Assembly: GCF_009914755.1 (NCBI RefSeq) | Contig: NC_060934.1 | Length of the DNA: 64,000 bases | DNA from: the human T2T-CHM13v2.0 reference genome, Homo sapiens | Reading direction: 5' to 3' (one strand) | Part shown: in pieces, positions 31,137 through 45,939 of the stretch | How the letters are laid out: each line of letters begins with the position of its first letter | Numbering within the stretch: the first letter of the stretch is position 1 | Translations under genes and position numbers: made by a program | The notes under the pieces: model-generated | Databases searched by the model: none | What the model saw: the letters and a program-made list of their open reading frames with translations, nothing else | Told to the model about the DNA's origin: nothing

Positions 31137-33601
31137 TTTTCTATTATTCATCATCTAAGTATTTCTCAATTTTATCTCTTCAAAGATTCAAACTTTGGAT
31201 CTTTAAATTTCTTTATTGTTTTTTGTTTTATTTTCTGTTTGATTGATTTCTGCTCTAATTTGTATTATTTCTTCGTTTTTCTTGCTTTGTGCTCAGTTTA
31301 GTCTTCCTTTTCTAATTTCTAAGGTTGGGAGAAAGAATGATTAAGAACTCTCTTTTTAAAATAACCTTTAAATTTTGATATAATTGTAGATTTACTTACA
31401 GTTATAAGAAATAATATAGAGAGATTTCTTGTAACCTTATCTCAGTTCTCCCAGTGGTAACATCTTGCAAAAGTATAGTACAATATCATAACCAATATGT
31501 GGAGGTTGATATAGTCAACATACAGAATATTTCCATTACCACGGAATCCCTCATGTTGTTCTTTCCTAGCCACATCTATTTTCCTCTTTTTCACCTCATC
31601 TTTAACCCTTGATAACCACTAATCTTTCCTCCATTCTCATAATTTTGTCACTTCAGTAATGTTCTACAAGGGAAATTCTACATCATATAATCTTTTGTGG
31701 TCAGATTTATTTACTCAGCATAATTCTCTGAAAATTTATGGAAGTTGTTGTCTATATCAATAGCTTGTTTCTTTTTGTTGCTAAGCAGTGCTTTATTGCA
31801 TGAATGTAATACATTTTGTTTAAACTTATTCACACCTTCAAAAATGTCTGGGTTGTTTCCAGTTTGGGGTTATTAAAAATAAAGCTGTTCTGAATATTTG
31901 TGTAAAGTTTTTGAATTAACGTGGTTTTTAAAAATTACTCTGCTGTAAATGCCCAGGAGTGAAATCACTGAGTCATAAAGTCATTGCCTGTTAAACTGTT
32001 TGCTTTTTAAAGAAAGTATCAAATTGTTAGAGAATGGCTTTGTTATTTTACATTCCCATCAACCATGCACCAGTTATGTAGTTTCTTTGCAGCCTTGCTA
32101 GCACTCAGTGTTGTCATTATTTTTTATTGTAACTATTCCATTGGGTATATATTGAAATCCCATTGGGGTTTTAATTTTTCATTCCCTAATGGCTAACGAT
32201 GTTGACGTCTTTTCATGCTCTGATTTTCCAAACATATATTCTTTTCAGTGAAATGTATATTCATGTCTTTTGCCCACTTTCTAATTTGACTTTGTTCACT
32301 CTTAAGTTTTGAAAGTTCTTTATATATTCTTGCTACTAGTCTTTTTCAGACACATGGCAAGCAAAAGGGGAAGGAAGGAGCACCTTTTTACTGTCAAGTT
32401 GAGATGAAGGTCAAGGTTCCCCATTAGGCCTCCTTTGCCACAAAAAAAGTAAATACTCTGTGTTTTTAAGATAAAGTGATGGATGCCAAGAAAGACTCAA
32501 ATTTTTTTATGTACTAATCATAAAAATGAACTATGATTTATAATTCTTCTCTTCCATTTTCATTATACATAAGAAAACAAAATACATCATTCTCAATAAT
32601 AAGAATTCTGAGTGAAACTCACCAGTTCACCTTAGCTATATTTTCCCTTTTGGGTTTCTTTTCTTTTACTTTTTTTTCTCTCTCTCCTTTTTCTTTAAAA
32701 ATTTTGGAGTGTGCAGAGGGATAAGAGTGAGGGAGCGTGGCAAGGAGAGGAGTTCAGATCAGGACAGGGAATGGAGGAGGGCAAGGAGTGAAGGGCACAA
32801 CCCACAGCCTGGGAAAGAGAGGCATGAAACCCAGCGTGTCAGGTGGACGGATCATGGAATGGGGGGCCAGCGGAGGTTAAGGAAGGAGGGCCCAAAGGTA
32901 GGGGTGGGAAAAAGAGAAGAGGAGGAGGAGGAAGTGCGCGTGTGAAGAGTGTTAAGAAAACGACAGGACAGAGCGGGGAGGGGAAAAGCGGGCCGAGGGA
33001 CAGGGTGAAAGGTGAGAAACGAGGGTAAGAGGAAAGAGGGCCCGGGGCGCTGGGGAGTTGGGGAGACGATGGAGCGACAGGTAGAGCAGCTTGGGCCGAG
33101 CCGCGGGGGTGGAATCCAGACGCCGGGCGGGGGAGGGGGCGGCGGGGCGGCGGGACGGTGGGTGGGGGCCACCAGGCGGCGCCGGAGACCACCAAACATT
33201 ACAGCGAGCGAGCCTGCTTCCTGGAGGGAGTGCAGACAAGGACCAGGAGCGGGAGCCGAGCCTCGCGGCCCGGGGCACGGCGCCGCCTGCCCCTCCCCGG
33301 CAGTGCCTCCCGACCCCCTGCCCTCCGCTGGGACATGGCCTGAGGCCCCGCCCGCCGCCCGGGACCCCTCCCCCACGCTGCCCCCGGACCCTCGCCCCAG
33401 GACCGCGGGGTCTCTTCCCGGCCCCGCCGCCCGCCCCGGCGAGAACAGGCCCGGCGGGCAAGGCGGCGGCAGACCGAGGGAGGCCTGGCCCGGCACCCGG
33501 GAGAAGGGTGCGGCGCAGCCCGAGTTTCCCACCTTTTATCCTGGCCCAGACGCGGCTGGGGCGGACGGGACCTCTCGCGCTCTGCCTCCTCCTCTTGCTT
33601 C

Positions 33602-33790
33602 ATGGAGCCATGCGCCTGGGTGGGGGCTCCCGAGAGAAGCTGGCCTGCGGGCGGGCCGGACGCGCTGCGCGGACGGGACGGGGCGAAGGAGGCCGGCAGG
33701 CGGAGGAGGAAGCGGCGGGGCGGCGGCGGCGGCGGCGGCGGCGGCGGCCGGGAAGAACTAGAGGTATTCCCCGGGCGGCTGGAGGACTGA
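33602..33790 (+). CDS. Candidate small ORF (62 aa) reading the GGC repeat as Gly10
   Basis: True ATG (cttcATGG) 117 nt upstream of and in frame with (GGC)10; TGA at 33788-33790. Translation is not demonstrable from sequence alone. Confidence 0.5.
   Translation: MEPCAWVGAPERSWPAGGPDALRGRDGAKEAGRRRRKRRGGGGGGGGGGREELEVFPGRLED
33719..33748 (+). repeat. (GGC)10 / (CGG)9 trinucleotide repeat, non-expanded; matches the LOC642361/NUTM2B-AS1 OPML repeat locus
   Basis: ggaagcggcgg-(GGC)10-cgggaagaactagagg inside the CpG island, ~15.3 kb upstream of a NUTM2 ATG. Confidence 0.9.
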
Positions 33791-35140
33791 GTCGAGCCGG
33801 GACCCGAGTCCTCCGGTATCCCAGCAGCCACCGGAGGCAGTGAGGTAATGGAGGAAGAATGTAGGGAGTCCTCCGGTGGACCACACTCCTTCTAGCGAGC
33901 CGCGGAAACCATAGAGATCAGGGCTCAGCCGGAGGGCCGGCCCACTGCTGTCACGTGGCCTCCATCCGTGCGCTTTATTGGCTGGTGCTGGCTTTACGGG
34001 GTTGAATTTTGGACGCTGCCTGCCATTCGTGGGACCGAGTTTCAGGCAGCTGGAATAAAGAGAGATATCGGGGGAAAGCCGCGAGAAGGCCAGCGTCCCT
34101 CGCTGGGAGCAGAGCTAGCCGAGTAGGGCGCCCGGCTGTCAAACTGGCCGGCGCAGTGCACGCTGGGCCGCCCCGGAGCGATCGCAGAGCCCGTCGGGAG
34201 TCGTAGTCCGGGACGGGCCCGCGGCATCGTCCGCGACGCAGCTCGGGATCCGGGTCGGGGTGTCGGCCGGGTTGCTGCCGGGCACCGTCGAGCGTTAGCC
34301 ACCCAGCATTGAGCTGCCAGCGGCTGTTCTCCCTAAGCACCCTCGCTCACGTCGCCTCGCCTCGCCTCGCCTCGCCTGACCGGCCGCAGCCTTGGATACC
34401 AGCCTTAAATCGAGCCGACTACGGCCCAGCCCCGCCCGCGGCGAGGTGCGCGGGGTTCGGTGCGAGCCCCTCGCCCCTGGCCGGGCCAGCCTCTTGATGC
34501 ACCGGGGACGGGCGCGCCCATCCGACTCTTCGAGGGGCGGCAGGGCCCCATCTGTGTCTTTCGCTCTCGAGCCCCCAGCTAGAGTTGGCTTCAGCGGAAT
34601 ACCTACTGTGCGGGATTATTCAACAAGCCGATTGATCACATTCTTCAGCTCTAGCAGTGCAAAGGCTTCACTGAAAAAGAACATTACAACTTTTTTGAAA
34701 GAAATTTGGGGGTAAATTTAATTTTAAATACTGATTTTTGATAACATTTGATCTTATGACAGCATTTGTATTTTTAATTACAGATAGGATTACACTAAAA
34801 GTCATTTCTGACCTGCTCCCTTACCCTTATGGCTAAAATAAACTGCTAGGCCCTGAAGCAAAGGCGAGCCATGTTCTAGAGCAATGTCTTTCTTGTATTA
34901 AAATACAGCCCCATGCTCACAAAAAAAAAAAAAAAAAATTTTGGAGTGTAAACATATACATCATCTTAATTTGAGTCCTTATGTGTTGACGGTGTGCAGG
35001 GAAGAATGGGAAAGTAACTGTAAGTGGAGCCCAGAAAGAACTAACAAATTCATGAAAAAGTGACATTATTGCTGGTCTATTTTTTTTTTAATTTTCTGCT
35101 TCCTCACACTCTCCCATACTAAATGAATTATTTAGTGGGT

Positions 35141-35447
35141 TTTTTTTTGTTTTTTTTTTTGTTTTTTTTTGTGATACGGAGTTTTGCTATTGTTGCCCAG
35201 GCTGGCACGATCTTGGCTCACCGCAACCTCCGCCTCCCAAGTTCAAGTGATTCTCCTACCTCAGCCTCCCAAGTAGCTGGGATTACAGGCATGCACCACC
35301 GCGCCCGGCTAATTTTTTGTGTTTTTATTAGAGACGGGGTTTCTCCATGGTGGTCAGGCTGGTCGCAAACTCCCGACCTTAGGTGATACGCCCACCTCGG
35401 CCTCCCAAAGTGCTGGGATTACAGGCGTGAGCCACCGTGCCCGGCCG
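35141..35447 (-). mobile_element. AluS
   Basis: Alu consensus on minus with T-rich tail. Confidence 0.9.
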
Positions 35448-38400
35448 ACAGGTGTTTTTTATGAGTTACAGACTATGTGCTTTCAGAATGAGGCAACCGA
35501 TTTAAGGATGTAAGCATAATTTAAGGATATTGAAAATGATATAGGAATAAATTTGTTTAGTCATTCATGGATTTATTCATTTTCAGATGACTATGTGTGT
35601 GAATATTTAAGAATTCTAAAACCGCATGGGATTACTTATAACTGTATAGGAGCCTAACACGATAATGGAATCAGAATATACTTTGCTGAAGGTATGAGGC
35701 TTTTAACTGAAAGTCTTCTCTCTACGTTTTTATGTCTGTAACAAGAATCCACTGAAGACCTACATTTCCCGGAAGGTTAACAGCCCCCTTCTCAGTTTTC
35801 CTGGTAAAGTGTTTTTATATTGGTAGAATACCTTCTGTCACACTCTATATTTTTCTTATCTCAAGTAGAAAAAATTTTTGCCCTTTTGCTTGGGACTGTT
35901 AACAGCCCTGGTAGTGGAAAAGTAGAAGGAAATGATTCTGTGAATTTTCTGTTATATAAATTTTAGCCAGTTTAGGACTTTTGAATGAGGGGCCATACAG
36001 CCAAGGATTTAGGATTTCAGCTCAGGAAAGAAAACTACATAGGTGTTTAATCGTGTCCTAGCCACTTATTAGCTGGGTAACTTTGAGCAAGTTTTATACA
36101 TATCCTTCCCATGAGTTTTTCATTTCTAATACTGGCTGTGTAATACAGCATGTTTCATAGGCTTGCTGTAATAATCGATGGGATGTATCTAATAGTGTTT
36201 ATTTTACTGTAACTGGGCCACAGTTAGGAAGTTCTCAATTAAAATTAGCTGTCATTATTCCTAGTATTAATATGGTGATGAACAGCTAAAGAGCATTTAA
36301 ATAATTATCATTAATATGGATAAATTTTGACCATACCTGAATAAATATTTATAATATAACTGTTGAGAGTATACAAGTTTAATATTTTAGGGAAATACAA
36401 TGTCAAATTCTATCAAGCTCTATTCTCAAACTAAAACAATAGCAGTTTGCTTTCAGATATTTTGAATATTATTGTGACATTTCCCCCTTCTACCTTTCTG
36501 GGACCTTGGACACAGGAACCATGTAAGGGTAAATAGTCTAGGTCTTCGTTGTGGGACAGGGGTGATATACTACAGTTCCACAGGGGCTGAGCCAGGTTTC
36601 AAGGGTGAGATAGAGAGCTGATGGTAAAAATAACAATGAGAGCAAAGGCCAAAATGTATGGAGTATTTATTATGTGTCAGACATTTTTCACTAAGCATTC
36701 TAGTACAATATTTCTTCAGATCTATGAAGATCTTAATCTTAAGTAGTAAATGGTTTTATTATAACCACTATACAAAATAGAAACACTAACATAAAAAGGT
36801 TAAATAATCTGTTTAAATTATCTTGGATTATCAACCCAATCAGCTGTGTCCTCAGAACAGAAGCTGGTAGCACTACACTGAACTATACCACACTTGCAAG
36901 CCTTCAGAGGAAAATTCCCTAAGAGAAAATGGTATCTATGACTCAATATTTCTTCCCATACCCTCAGTGACTTACGGTATTTATTTACTAAATGCCAAAG
37001 CAGATAGTCCAATAGGAAATACGTAGCTAAATGGCCTGCGAAGAGAAGGGAATGTCAAATAACAGGCAAAATAGAATCTGACACCCTAGGTCTCAGCAAG
37101 TGTTTTGAATGGACAATAAAGAAAGTGACTAGAATGTAACCTCTGAAAAAATGTTGTGAAGCACCAATGGCCTTGAAAAAATCTAGGGAGCTGATGTAAA
37201 GGACATCCACTTCATAATGACAATTATTGAACAAATTACTTGTTGGAGATGGAGTTGCAGACAAAACAAATATTTACCACTGCTTTAAAATACGTTTATT
37301 GTACTCAGGAGAAGAGTCTGGAACTGTGGTTTCAGAATGAGCTTATCCAAAAGTAAGAAGAGGACTGGGGCATACCTTTTAAAATAATAATGATATATTT
37401 ATAATCATCCTAGTATGATTTATTTACCTTTTAGTAAATCAAGTTCTCAGAAAACTAAAGTAAAAAAATCTTAACATTACATATGCAGGACTTAATCTGA
37501 ATAATCATAAATTTTCATAAACTTAATTTACATACCACACCATAGTAGCTGTGATATAGTAAATTAATAAGTTTTTTGTACTATGGTGTAGCTCTTTCAT
37601 CCTAAGAATAAAAAAGATTCTATTATGTCAAAAGACATGCATCTGGATGGTTAAAAAAATCCAATCATACATAACTGAAGAAAATGTAGGTATTTTAGTG
37701 GAATAAGAATGTGATATATGAAAACAGAAAAATAAATATCTTCAATGTTACTTAAAGAAACAGAATTAACAAAGATGTATCATGGAAGAGAGGATAGTTC
37801 TGTAAAAACACGTAAAATAACTTTCAAAGATGAAAATTTTATATATGTAAAAACATTTGTCAATGAAAGTAATAATAATTCCATTCATGCATTTGTTCAT
37901 GTATAACCAATAACTTACTTGTGATGCCATAGAAAAAATTCAAGCATCAAACTGAAAAGCAAATTTTAATAGGTAAGAAACTAGTGGCCTTTAAGCTGAC
38001 AATATATTTGTTTGAATAAAAAATATTATTATTTTAAAATAAATTAGCAAAATACAAAAAAAAGAACATTTCACATGAACATCTTAATTTTTGGTATGTG
38101 TTTAAATATCAGGACATTTACTCATATTCTTCATAAACAGAGTTCATAAGTCTTAGTAGATGCTGCCATGTGTAGGCGGGTTGTCTTCTCTAATTATCCT
38201 CAGTCCCCACCATTCCATAGTGCCCCCAGTAGAGATATTACTGACATTTTTCATTTATTGCCATAATTTAGCTGTTGTTTTTCACAGTCAGCTTGCCTTC
38301 TTTATTTTAATATTTATATACCACGTAGGCATCTCAGTGTTTCACTCTTGCTATGAGACAGCCATAGATCTCTTTTGACCTAGAGTTTTTTATTCTCTTT

Positions 38401-39164
38401 GTTTTTCAAAATTATTTTCCCTAAAAGCATGGAACCTATGAGCCTCCAAATAGTGCATTTAAACTCAATCACCTCTAGAAAACAATGCTAAACTATTCAG
38501 AAAGAATGAAGAGAATAAGTGAATTCTCCAAACCCAGAGCTAATGAGTGCCAGCTCTGAAAATGAGGTCCTTGATTCTTGACATCTGGCCTAGTGTGCCT
38601 AGGAAGTATAATCAGTTACTCTGACTCAGTCATTTTAATAATTGAAGTAAACTACTTAACAGTTAAACATTATATACTTAAAATACTTAAATTAGCTTAG
38701 ATATAATCGAAGAATTTCACTTTTTAACTCCAAATAATGAAGTGTTTGGTTGTAGGGTATTAGATCTTTCATGGAAGAAAGTAGTCCCGTAAGTCTAAGT
38801 ACAAATTTCAAATGTAAAATAAAACTGATCAAGCCAGAGACCAGGTTTGGCAAAAAGTATCATTTGATATGACTTGTAAAATGTCAATTATTGTGAACAA
38901 TTTTAAAAAGACCTCATCAGACCATATTGCATGTTCTCGTAAAGGGGAAAAGAAGTATATAACAGCATGTACTGAATACTTTATACCCATTATACATCGG
39001 GCTTTTTAGATTCATTCTACCATTTAATTTTTATGGACATGCTGGGGATACAGTATTGTTATCATCCTTATTCTTTAGTGAGAACTGAGATTTACAAAAG
39101 AATAAGTAAATTTTCCAAAATTAATTACTGATAATGTGTACACAGACCATTTCCAAATTCATGA

Positions 39165-39522
39165 GATAATTGCTGTTTTAGTTACTTTGGGCTGTTAAAA
39201 CAAATTACCGTAGACTGGGTGACTTAATCAGAAAACGCGTGTTCTCACAGTTCTGGAGGCTGGAAAATTTAAGATAAAGGTGCTTGCACATCCAGTGACT
39301 GATGAGGGCCTGTTTCTTTGTTTGCACATGGCCATTTTCTCATTGTATATTGACATGGCAGAGACTGAGAGAAAGAGATTATCTCTTTGATGTCTCTTCC
39401 TATAAGAGTATTAATCTCATTCACCAACTAATTACTTCCCAAGGGCCCACCACTGAATACTATCACACTGGGGACTAGGGTTTCACCATATGAATTTTGA
39501 AGGCACATAGACATTCAGTTTT
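39165..39522 (-). mobile_element. MLT1-type LTR
   Basis: tagactgggtgacttaa…ctcacagttctggaggctggaaa…tatcacactggggactagggtttcaccatatgaatttt. Confidence 0.75.
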
Positions 39523-40696
39523 AGCAACTGCTAACAATATTACTCTTACACAACCATTTTTCTCACTTAAATGTTTTCAATTATTTAATAAATGGAAGCA
39601 GTGGGATTACCTTGGTATGGCCATAAGAATTTATCTGGGAGATGTCTATGTGTGTGTGCATGTGTGTGTGTATGTTTATCGTGGGGAAGAAGTTTGTGAG
39701 TAGAAGCAGCGGATTGAGAATCTGGATAATAAGAAAATACTCTATTGATCCTGGTGATTTGAATGTACGATAGGAGCTGGTTGTCAACTGATTTAATCAG
39801 TGGGTATTTCAGTATGAGGCATAGTTGGTGACTGAGCTTTCATGTGGTAATCTGAGGTGAATATTGACATAGAATTAGAATTATAACTCACATAAATTCA
39901 CACAAAAACATTTTTACATTGCCTACTGATTTTTATACATATAACCAAGAAATAAAGTATATGGGGGCCACCTTTCTCCAGGGATTTATAGGGTAATTAG
40001 ATGAACTCTACCAATAATTATAAAAATAAGAACTGAAATAACAAGTGCATATTCTGAATTACAAAAATCATTCAAAGTAACAAAAAGCCTATATCTTTGA
40101 TCCCAATAACCTATTTTAATTTTCTTTTTAAAATAAAAGTGTTAGAGGCAAAAAACAGCCATAACTAAACCAAGTACAGATAAAGGAAATAAGAATGAGA
40201 AACAGTGTATGTGTGTGTGTATATGTGTGTGTGTATATGTGGGCATGCCTATAGGTATAGTTGTGTGTGAATTTAAGTGAACACACTTACTAATTGAATA
40301 AAATACAGTAAGTGTTTGTATATGTATCTGCATGTTTGTGTCGTATTTTGGAGTTGTTATTCAGCTTTTACAGAATATTCAAATAGAAAACCAAATAAGA
40401 TTGTCACCTATATTGCATAAATAACCAGAGAAAAGTCACTTATGTGGCCATAAAAGAAATGTTGAACATAGATGCAGAGAATTCTATTTAGAGTAAGAAT
40501 GCCCACATGTATTACAGTCCCCAAAAAGCAATTAAGCAGAAGAAATTGCTTTCAGAGCTTGGCAAGATTTAAAGCGTTACCATTAAAGTTTGAGTTGGAT
40601 GTTACTCCATGAAGAGAATATATCCTTAAACACTGCTGCCCTGTGCATCAGAACATACTCACTCCGATATTGGACCTGTTGCTGGTTAGAAATGTC

Positions 40697-42058
<1,362 letters not shown>

Positions 42059-42159
42059 ATTTAATTCACAGTTGTAACCAGCCTAAATTAAAAATATTTC
42101 TTAAGAAAGAGATTGAGACTTTATGTTTTAGATAGTTGTGTTTTTATGACAGAATACCT

Positions 42160-42193
<34 letters not shown>

Positions 42194-45100
42194 AAACTAA
42201 AGAACTTTTTCTGTTATATATCAAATCATACTTTTGTTAGTGTGTTTAATTTTATTTTATCTTTCTCTCTGTGTGTTTCTCTCTCTCATCAATTTATCTA
42301 TTATCTGTCTCTTAATCCATCCATTCATCCTTCCATTCAATCTTCTATTACTTTTAATATTTTTAAATAAACTGCCTTGTTGCTGTGATTTGTATTAATG
42401 TAGACTGGCAGAGCCTGAAATGACAGAAAGACTTTTATTTGCATGGAATCTCCTGGAATCAGCTAATAATTCACTATGGACTCTATTTACTCAGATTAAT
42501 AACTGTGCAGAAATGTCATTACCTGAAGAGCACAAATCTGGGGACAGACAGAATTTTAATCATGGGCTCTGTCATGACTGATTGGTGATTTTGGTTGCTT
42601 AAATAATCCGGACTCTAGTCTCCTCAATTATAAAACAGGGAATAATAATGGACTTAACTTTATTATATGTTAAGCAACATAAATTGCTTTGGGTATTCAA
42701 AGAAGATAATTAATTGCCGTGGATTAGGAATCTGAAATAGAAGCTTGAATTCCCAGGAGTGAAACAAATTTAGCAATATTTGCATGACTATTGGAGAACC
42801 AGGCCACTTAACAGGTATACATATGCCCCTCTGACTACCTCCTAGATATTTTCTGCCACGTCAGCAGTAGGCAGAGGACCAGTTGGCTTAGTGTCTATAT
42901 TGTTTACATGTGGCAGCTCAAACAATGTGATATGAATATGAACTAAGGAGGGAGACACTTCACACTTAACATCTGTTCTTCAGTTTCCCCAACAGGATGC
43001 CTCCAAATGTGAAAGGAAACTCATCAATAACAAGCTGAGAAATGAGTCTAAACAACTGACATTTTGGAATAACATATTTGACATTTGTGAGGTCCACTGG
43101 TTGTGGCTTAATCAAGAAAGCCATCAGATATCCACAGTATCCATCTTTTAGGCATACACATCTAAAAAACACATCCATTTGTCTTATTTTAAATCCATAT
43201 TTTAACGTTCAAAATATTATTTCATGGATATTTTGCCACACGATTATGCTAGTTTTTACTATTTTCTCCCCTAGTGTGTAAAAGTACAAGAGAATACAAA
43301 TTCCTTGGCAAGTCAGTTATTTAGTCATTTCAAATTTTGATATTTCCAGAAGTCATAAGAGGATTCTTCTCTCACAGATGTGATTATAAAACACATTTGA
43401 TTTACCAACTTTTAGACTTCTGTTTTCTACAAATTAGCTCTCTTGCGCAAGTGGAGAAATAGCATATGTATTTGGTACTAAGTTTCCCTCATAATTGTCA
43501 GAACCTCACCATTTATTGTTTTGTAGAAACTGGGCTTTAAAAAAAATCAGACCATATGATAATTTTGATATTAATACTCTTTTGAAAGACTAAGTGAATG
43601 AACTAGTCATCTATATTCACTGATTAAAAACAAAATAAGACAAACTTATTCCATAGTATAGTACTTTGGGTTTGTCTAAAAAAAAATTCATTTACAAATA
43701 CTATTTCTGAGGGACAATAGCATTTCTCTAGGATACATCTATGTACATGCAACTGAAGAAAATAGCTTTTAAATTTACTTTATCTCTTGTAGTAGTTTTA
43801 TAGCTACATAAGAGTATTGTAATGCAAAAGGTACATCATAAAAACTGCTTTGTTATATGTTGTGTGCACTTGTATTTGTGTATTTACATATCGACAGCGT
43901 ACTCACTATTGTTCAGTAGCATATTTTATGATGAATGATGAAACCAGTACAAATTACATGTGAATTTGACTTATGAACTCTTCACATCCACTACCTCATA
44001 AACACTACAAGCTAGAGAATGTAGGGACTTGAATCCACAAGCCACAGATGTCAAGATTAATCTATTACGTTTTGAGTACTTTAAACTGCCTGTACAATTA
44101 ATTTATAGCTGTTTTTTAAAAAAGAAAATAGAACTGAGAAGTGCTATAGCAATCATACTTTGTGATTTAAAAGAAAATAAATACTATTAGTTCATGCCCA
44201 GAAAAACAAAAACAAAAACAAAAACTATGGGAACTTTATTACCCTTATCTATACTCTCCCACCTGCAAGAAAAAATGCCTCTCCTCACAATGAATAACAC
44301 TAGAGGAAATATTTCTGCTTAGTTTTAGAAGGAGGAGAAAAAAAAATTGTGAAACATTCATCTGTAAATAAGAATCTGAAGGAAAAGGCAATGTGGAGGA
44401 GGATAGGGCATGACTTCACTGCTGCGAGGGAGATGTAGCCTGGCAGGCTCACAGTGACTTTTTCATAGTCAGAGCCACCTACCCAAAGGTAGAAACCAAA
44501 GCAAGTATAAATCAGAAAAATAATCCTCAGTATATTACATTTAATGTCAAAACATACTTTGTAGAATATGTGAACTGCAATCTTATTTTGAGAGCTAATG
44601 TAGAATTATGATTATATTTGGAAGCCTGATTCTGTTTGCCTGATTTGGTCCATTTGGTTGTATATTAAGGCTTGAACATAAGGTTTGTGATATAAAGCTG
44701 TCTTTAAATAGGCTCCATGACATTTCAAGTTATCTGCTGGGAAATAATCAACTTTTTCAAATTCATAATAGCCTTGCTTTGGGGAAATTAGTTTTGATTT
44801 GATGAGCAAATGGATCACTAAGGATCACTGAGGTGGGGAGTAGTGAGGGGAAGCAGTCATAGAAACCACTAGTTAACACATGTCACGGCTAATAATATCA
44901 GGTATTTTGATGCTAGTGTCAATGAGATCCAGCATGCCAGTTAATTTCAAAGAAAATAAACAACAACAAACACTTTGATTGTGTTATACAACCTGCAGTC
45001 ATTATTTTCTATTAGCTGTTATCTACCTGTTTATCCATTGATTGATTCATCAGTGTGTGTATGTGTGTGTGTGCATTTCAGAATGGAATGAGTGATGAAA

Positions 45101-45271
45101 ATTATATTCTTTCATGCATAGATATTTGTAGAGGGCCTGCTGTGTGCCAGATATTAAGCAATTGCAATTGAGTAAAATAGTATTTAAAAACTACTCACAG
45201 CCTTCAAGGAGCACAGCGTCTAACTAGGGAACTCAGACAACTAAATAGGCAATTACAGTGTAGGATAGTTC

Positions 45272-45482
45272 TGGGGATCAGAAAACAAAACCCCCAAATG
45301 AAAGCCTCAGCTGCAGCCTCAGAAACAAACATTTTTCTCTGACCTTCTCCAGTCCTCTTGTCTCTCAGTTCTATTCTCCCATAAGGCTGGCCATGGAAAC
45401 TAGAATCTCTCTTCCACAACAGTGGGTCATAGTAGACAGAAACCCTAGAACCCCTTTTCTCCAAAGCCAGCCATAAAACCTA
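45272..45482 (+). mobile_element. MER39-like ERV1 LTR, 5' portion only
   Basis: gggatcagaaaacaaaacccccaaatgaaagcctcag…tttttctctgaccttctcc…aaactagaatc…ccaaagccagccataaaacct matches my recall of the MER39 5' end. Confidence 0.65.
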
Positions 45483-45939
45483 TGGCTTTACTGCATTTTT
45501 TATTATGTCTTTATTTGTAAATCCCACATAAGTAAGCGATTCTCATGGAAGCTTTTCTTGACTTTGGCCACACTCTTGCATCCACAACCAACTTGTGCTA
45601 CCAAGTGAACAAACTATGACTAAAGGCCTGTTCTTCCACTTTGCAGCTGCTCCTATCAGTGACAAATCAGCGTATTAGAACATGCATGCTGGCTGATCAT
45701 TCTGATCAAGTCAACAAGTTTCACAACTTACTCAATGAGGTCGTCCGTGAGAACTTCACTGTTTTACGAGGACAGGAGCTACTTCTTTGCTGAACTGCAT
45801 CACGGTTTCAACTGCTGAGGTTTTCTTCAAGCTTTTGCATTGTTTGGAATGTGAAAGGCACGGCCGAGACACACTTTGAGGTTCCCACTGCATTGTTACA
45901 CCTCCCCCCTCACCTCAGGGCCAGGTGAGCAAGGGAAAG

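Larger units (their letters stand above)
32930..34600. promoter_or_regulatory. CpG island / bidirectional promoter of NUTM2B-AS1 (minus) and LOC642361 (plus)
   Basis: Very high GC and CpG density in AT-rich flanks; E-box GTCACGTGGC 33950-33959; reverse CCAAT box ATTGG 33977-33981; ACTAC-N3-TCCC ZNF143-like motif on minus 34196-34207; multiple GC boxes. Confidence 0.9.
33240..34900 (+). ncRNA. LOC642361: Plus-strand transcript spanning the CGG repeat (LOC642361-type lncRNA); ends approximate
   Basis: Locus knowledge (the OPML repeat is bidirectionally transcribed) plus the CpG-island context; boundaries cannot be resolved from sequence. Confidence 0.45.

Noticed and set aside
32839-33843. Several 170-250 aa overlapping ORFs in the CpG island
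   Set aside because: Expected from stop-codon scarcity in very GC-rich DNA. Most start at GTG/TTG and are low complexity. Only the ATG polyG ORF and the spliced minus-strand exon were kept.
33950-33981. Possible ER-stress element (CCAAT…CCACG on minus)
   Set aside because: Spacing is about 18 nt, not the CCAAT-N9-CCACG an ERSE requires.
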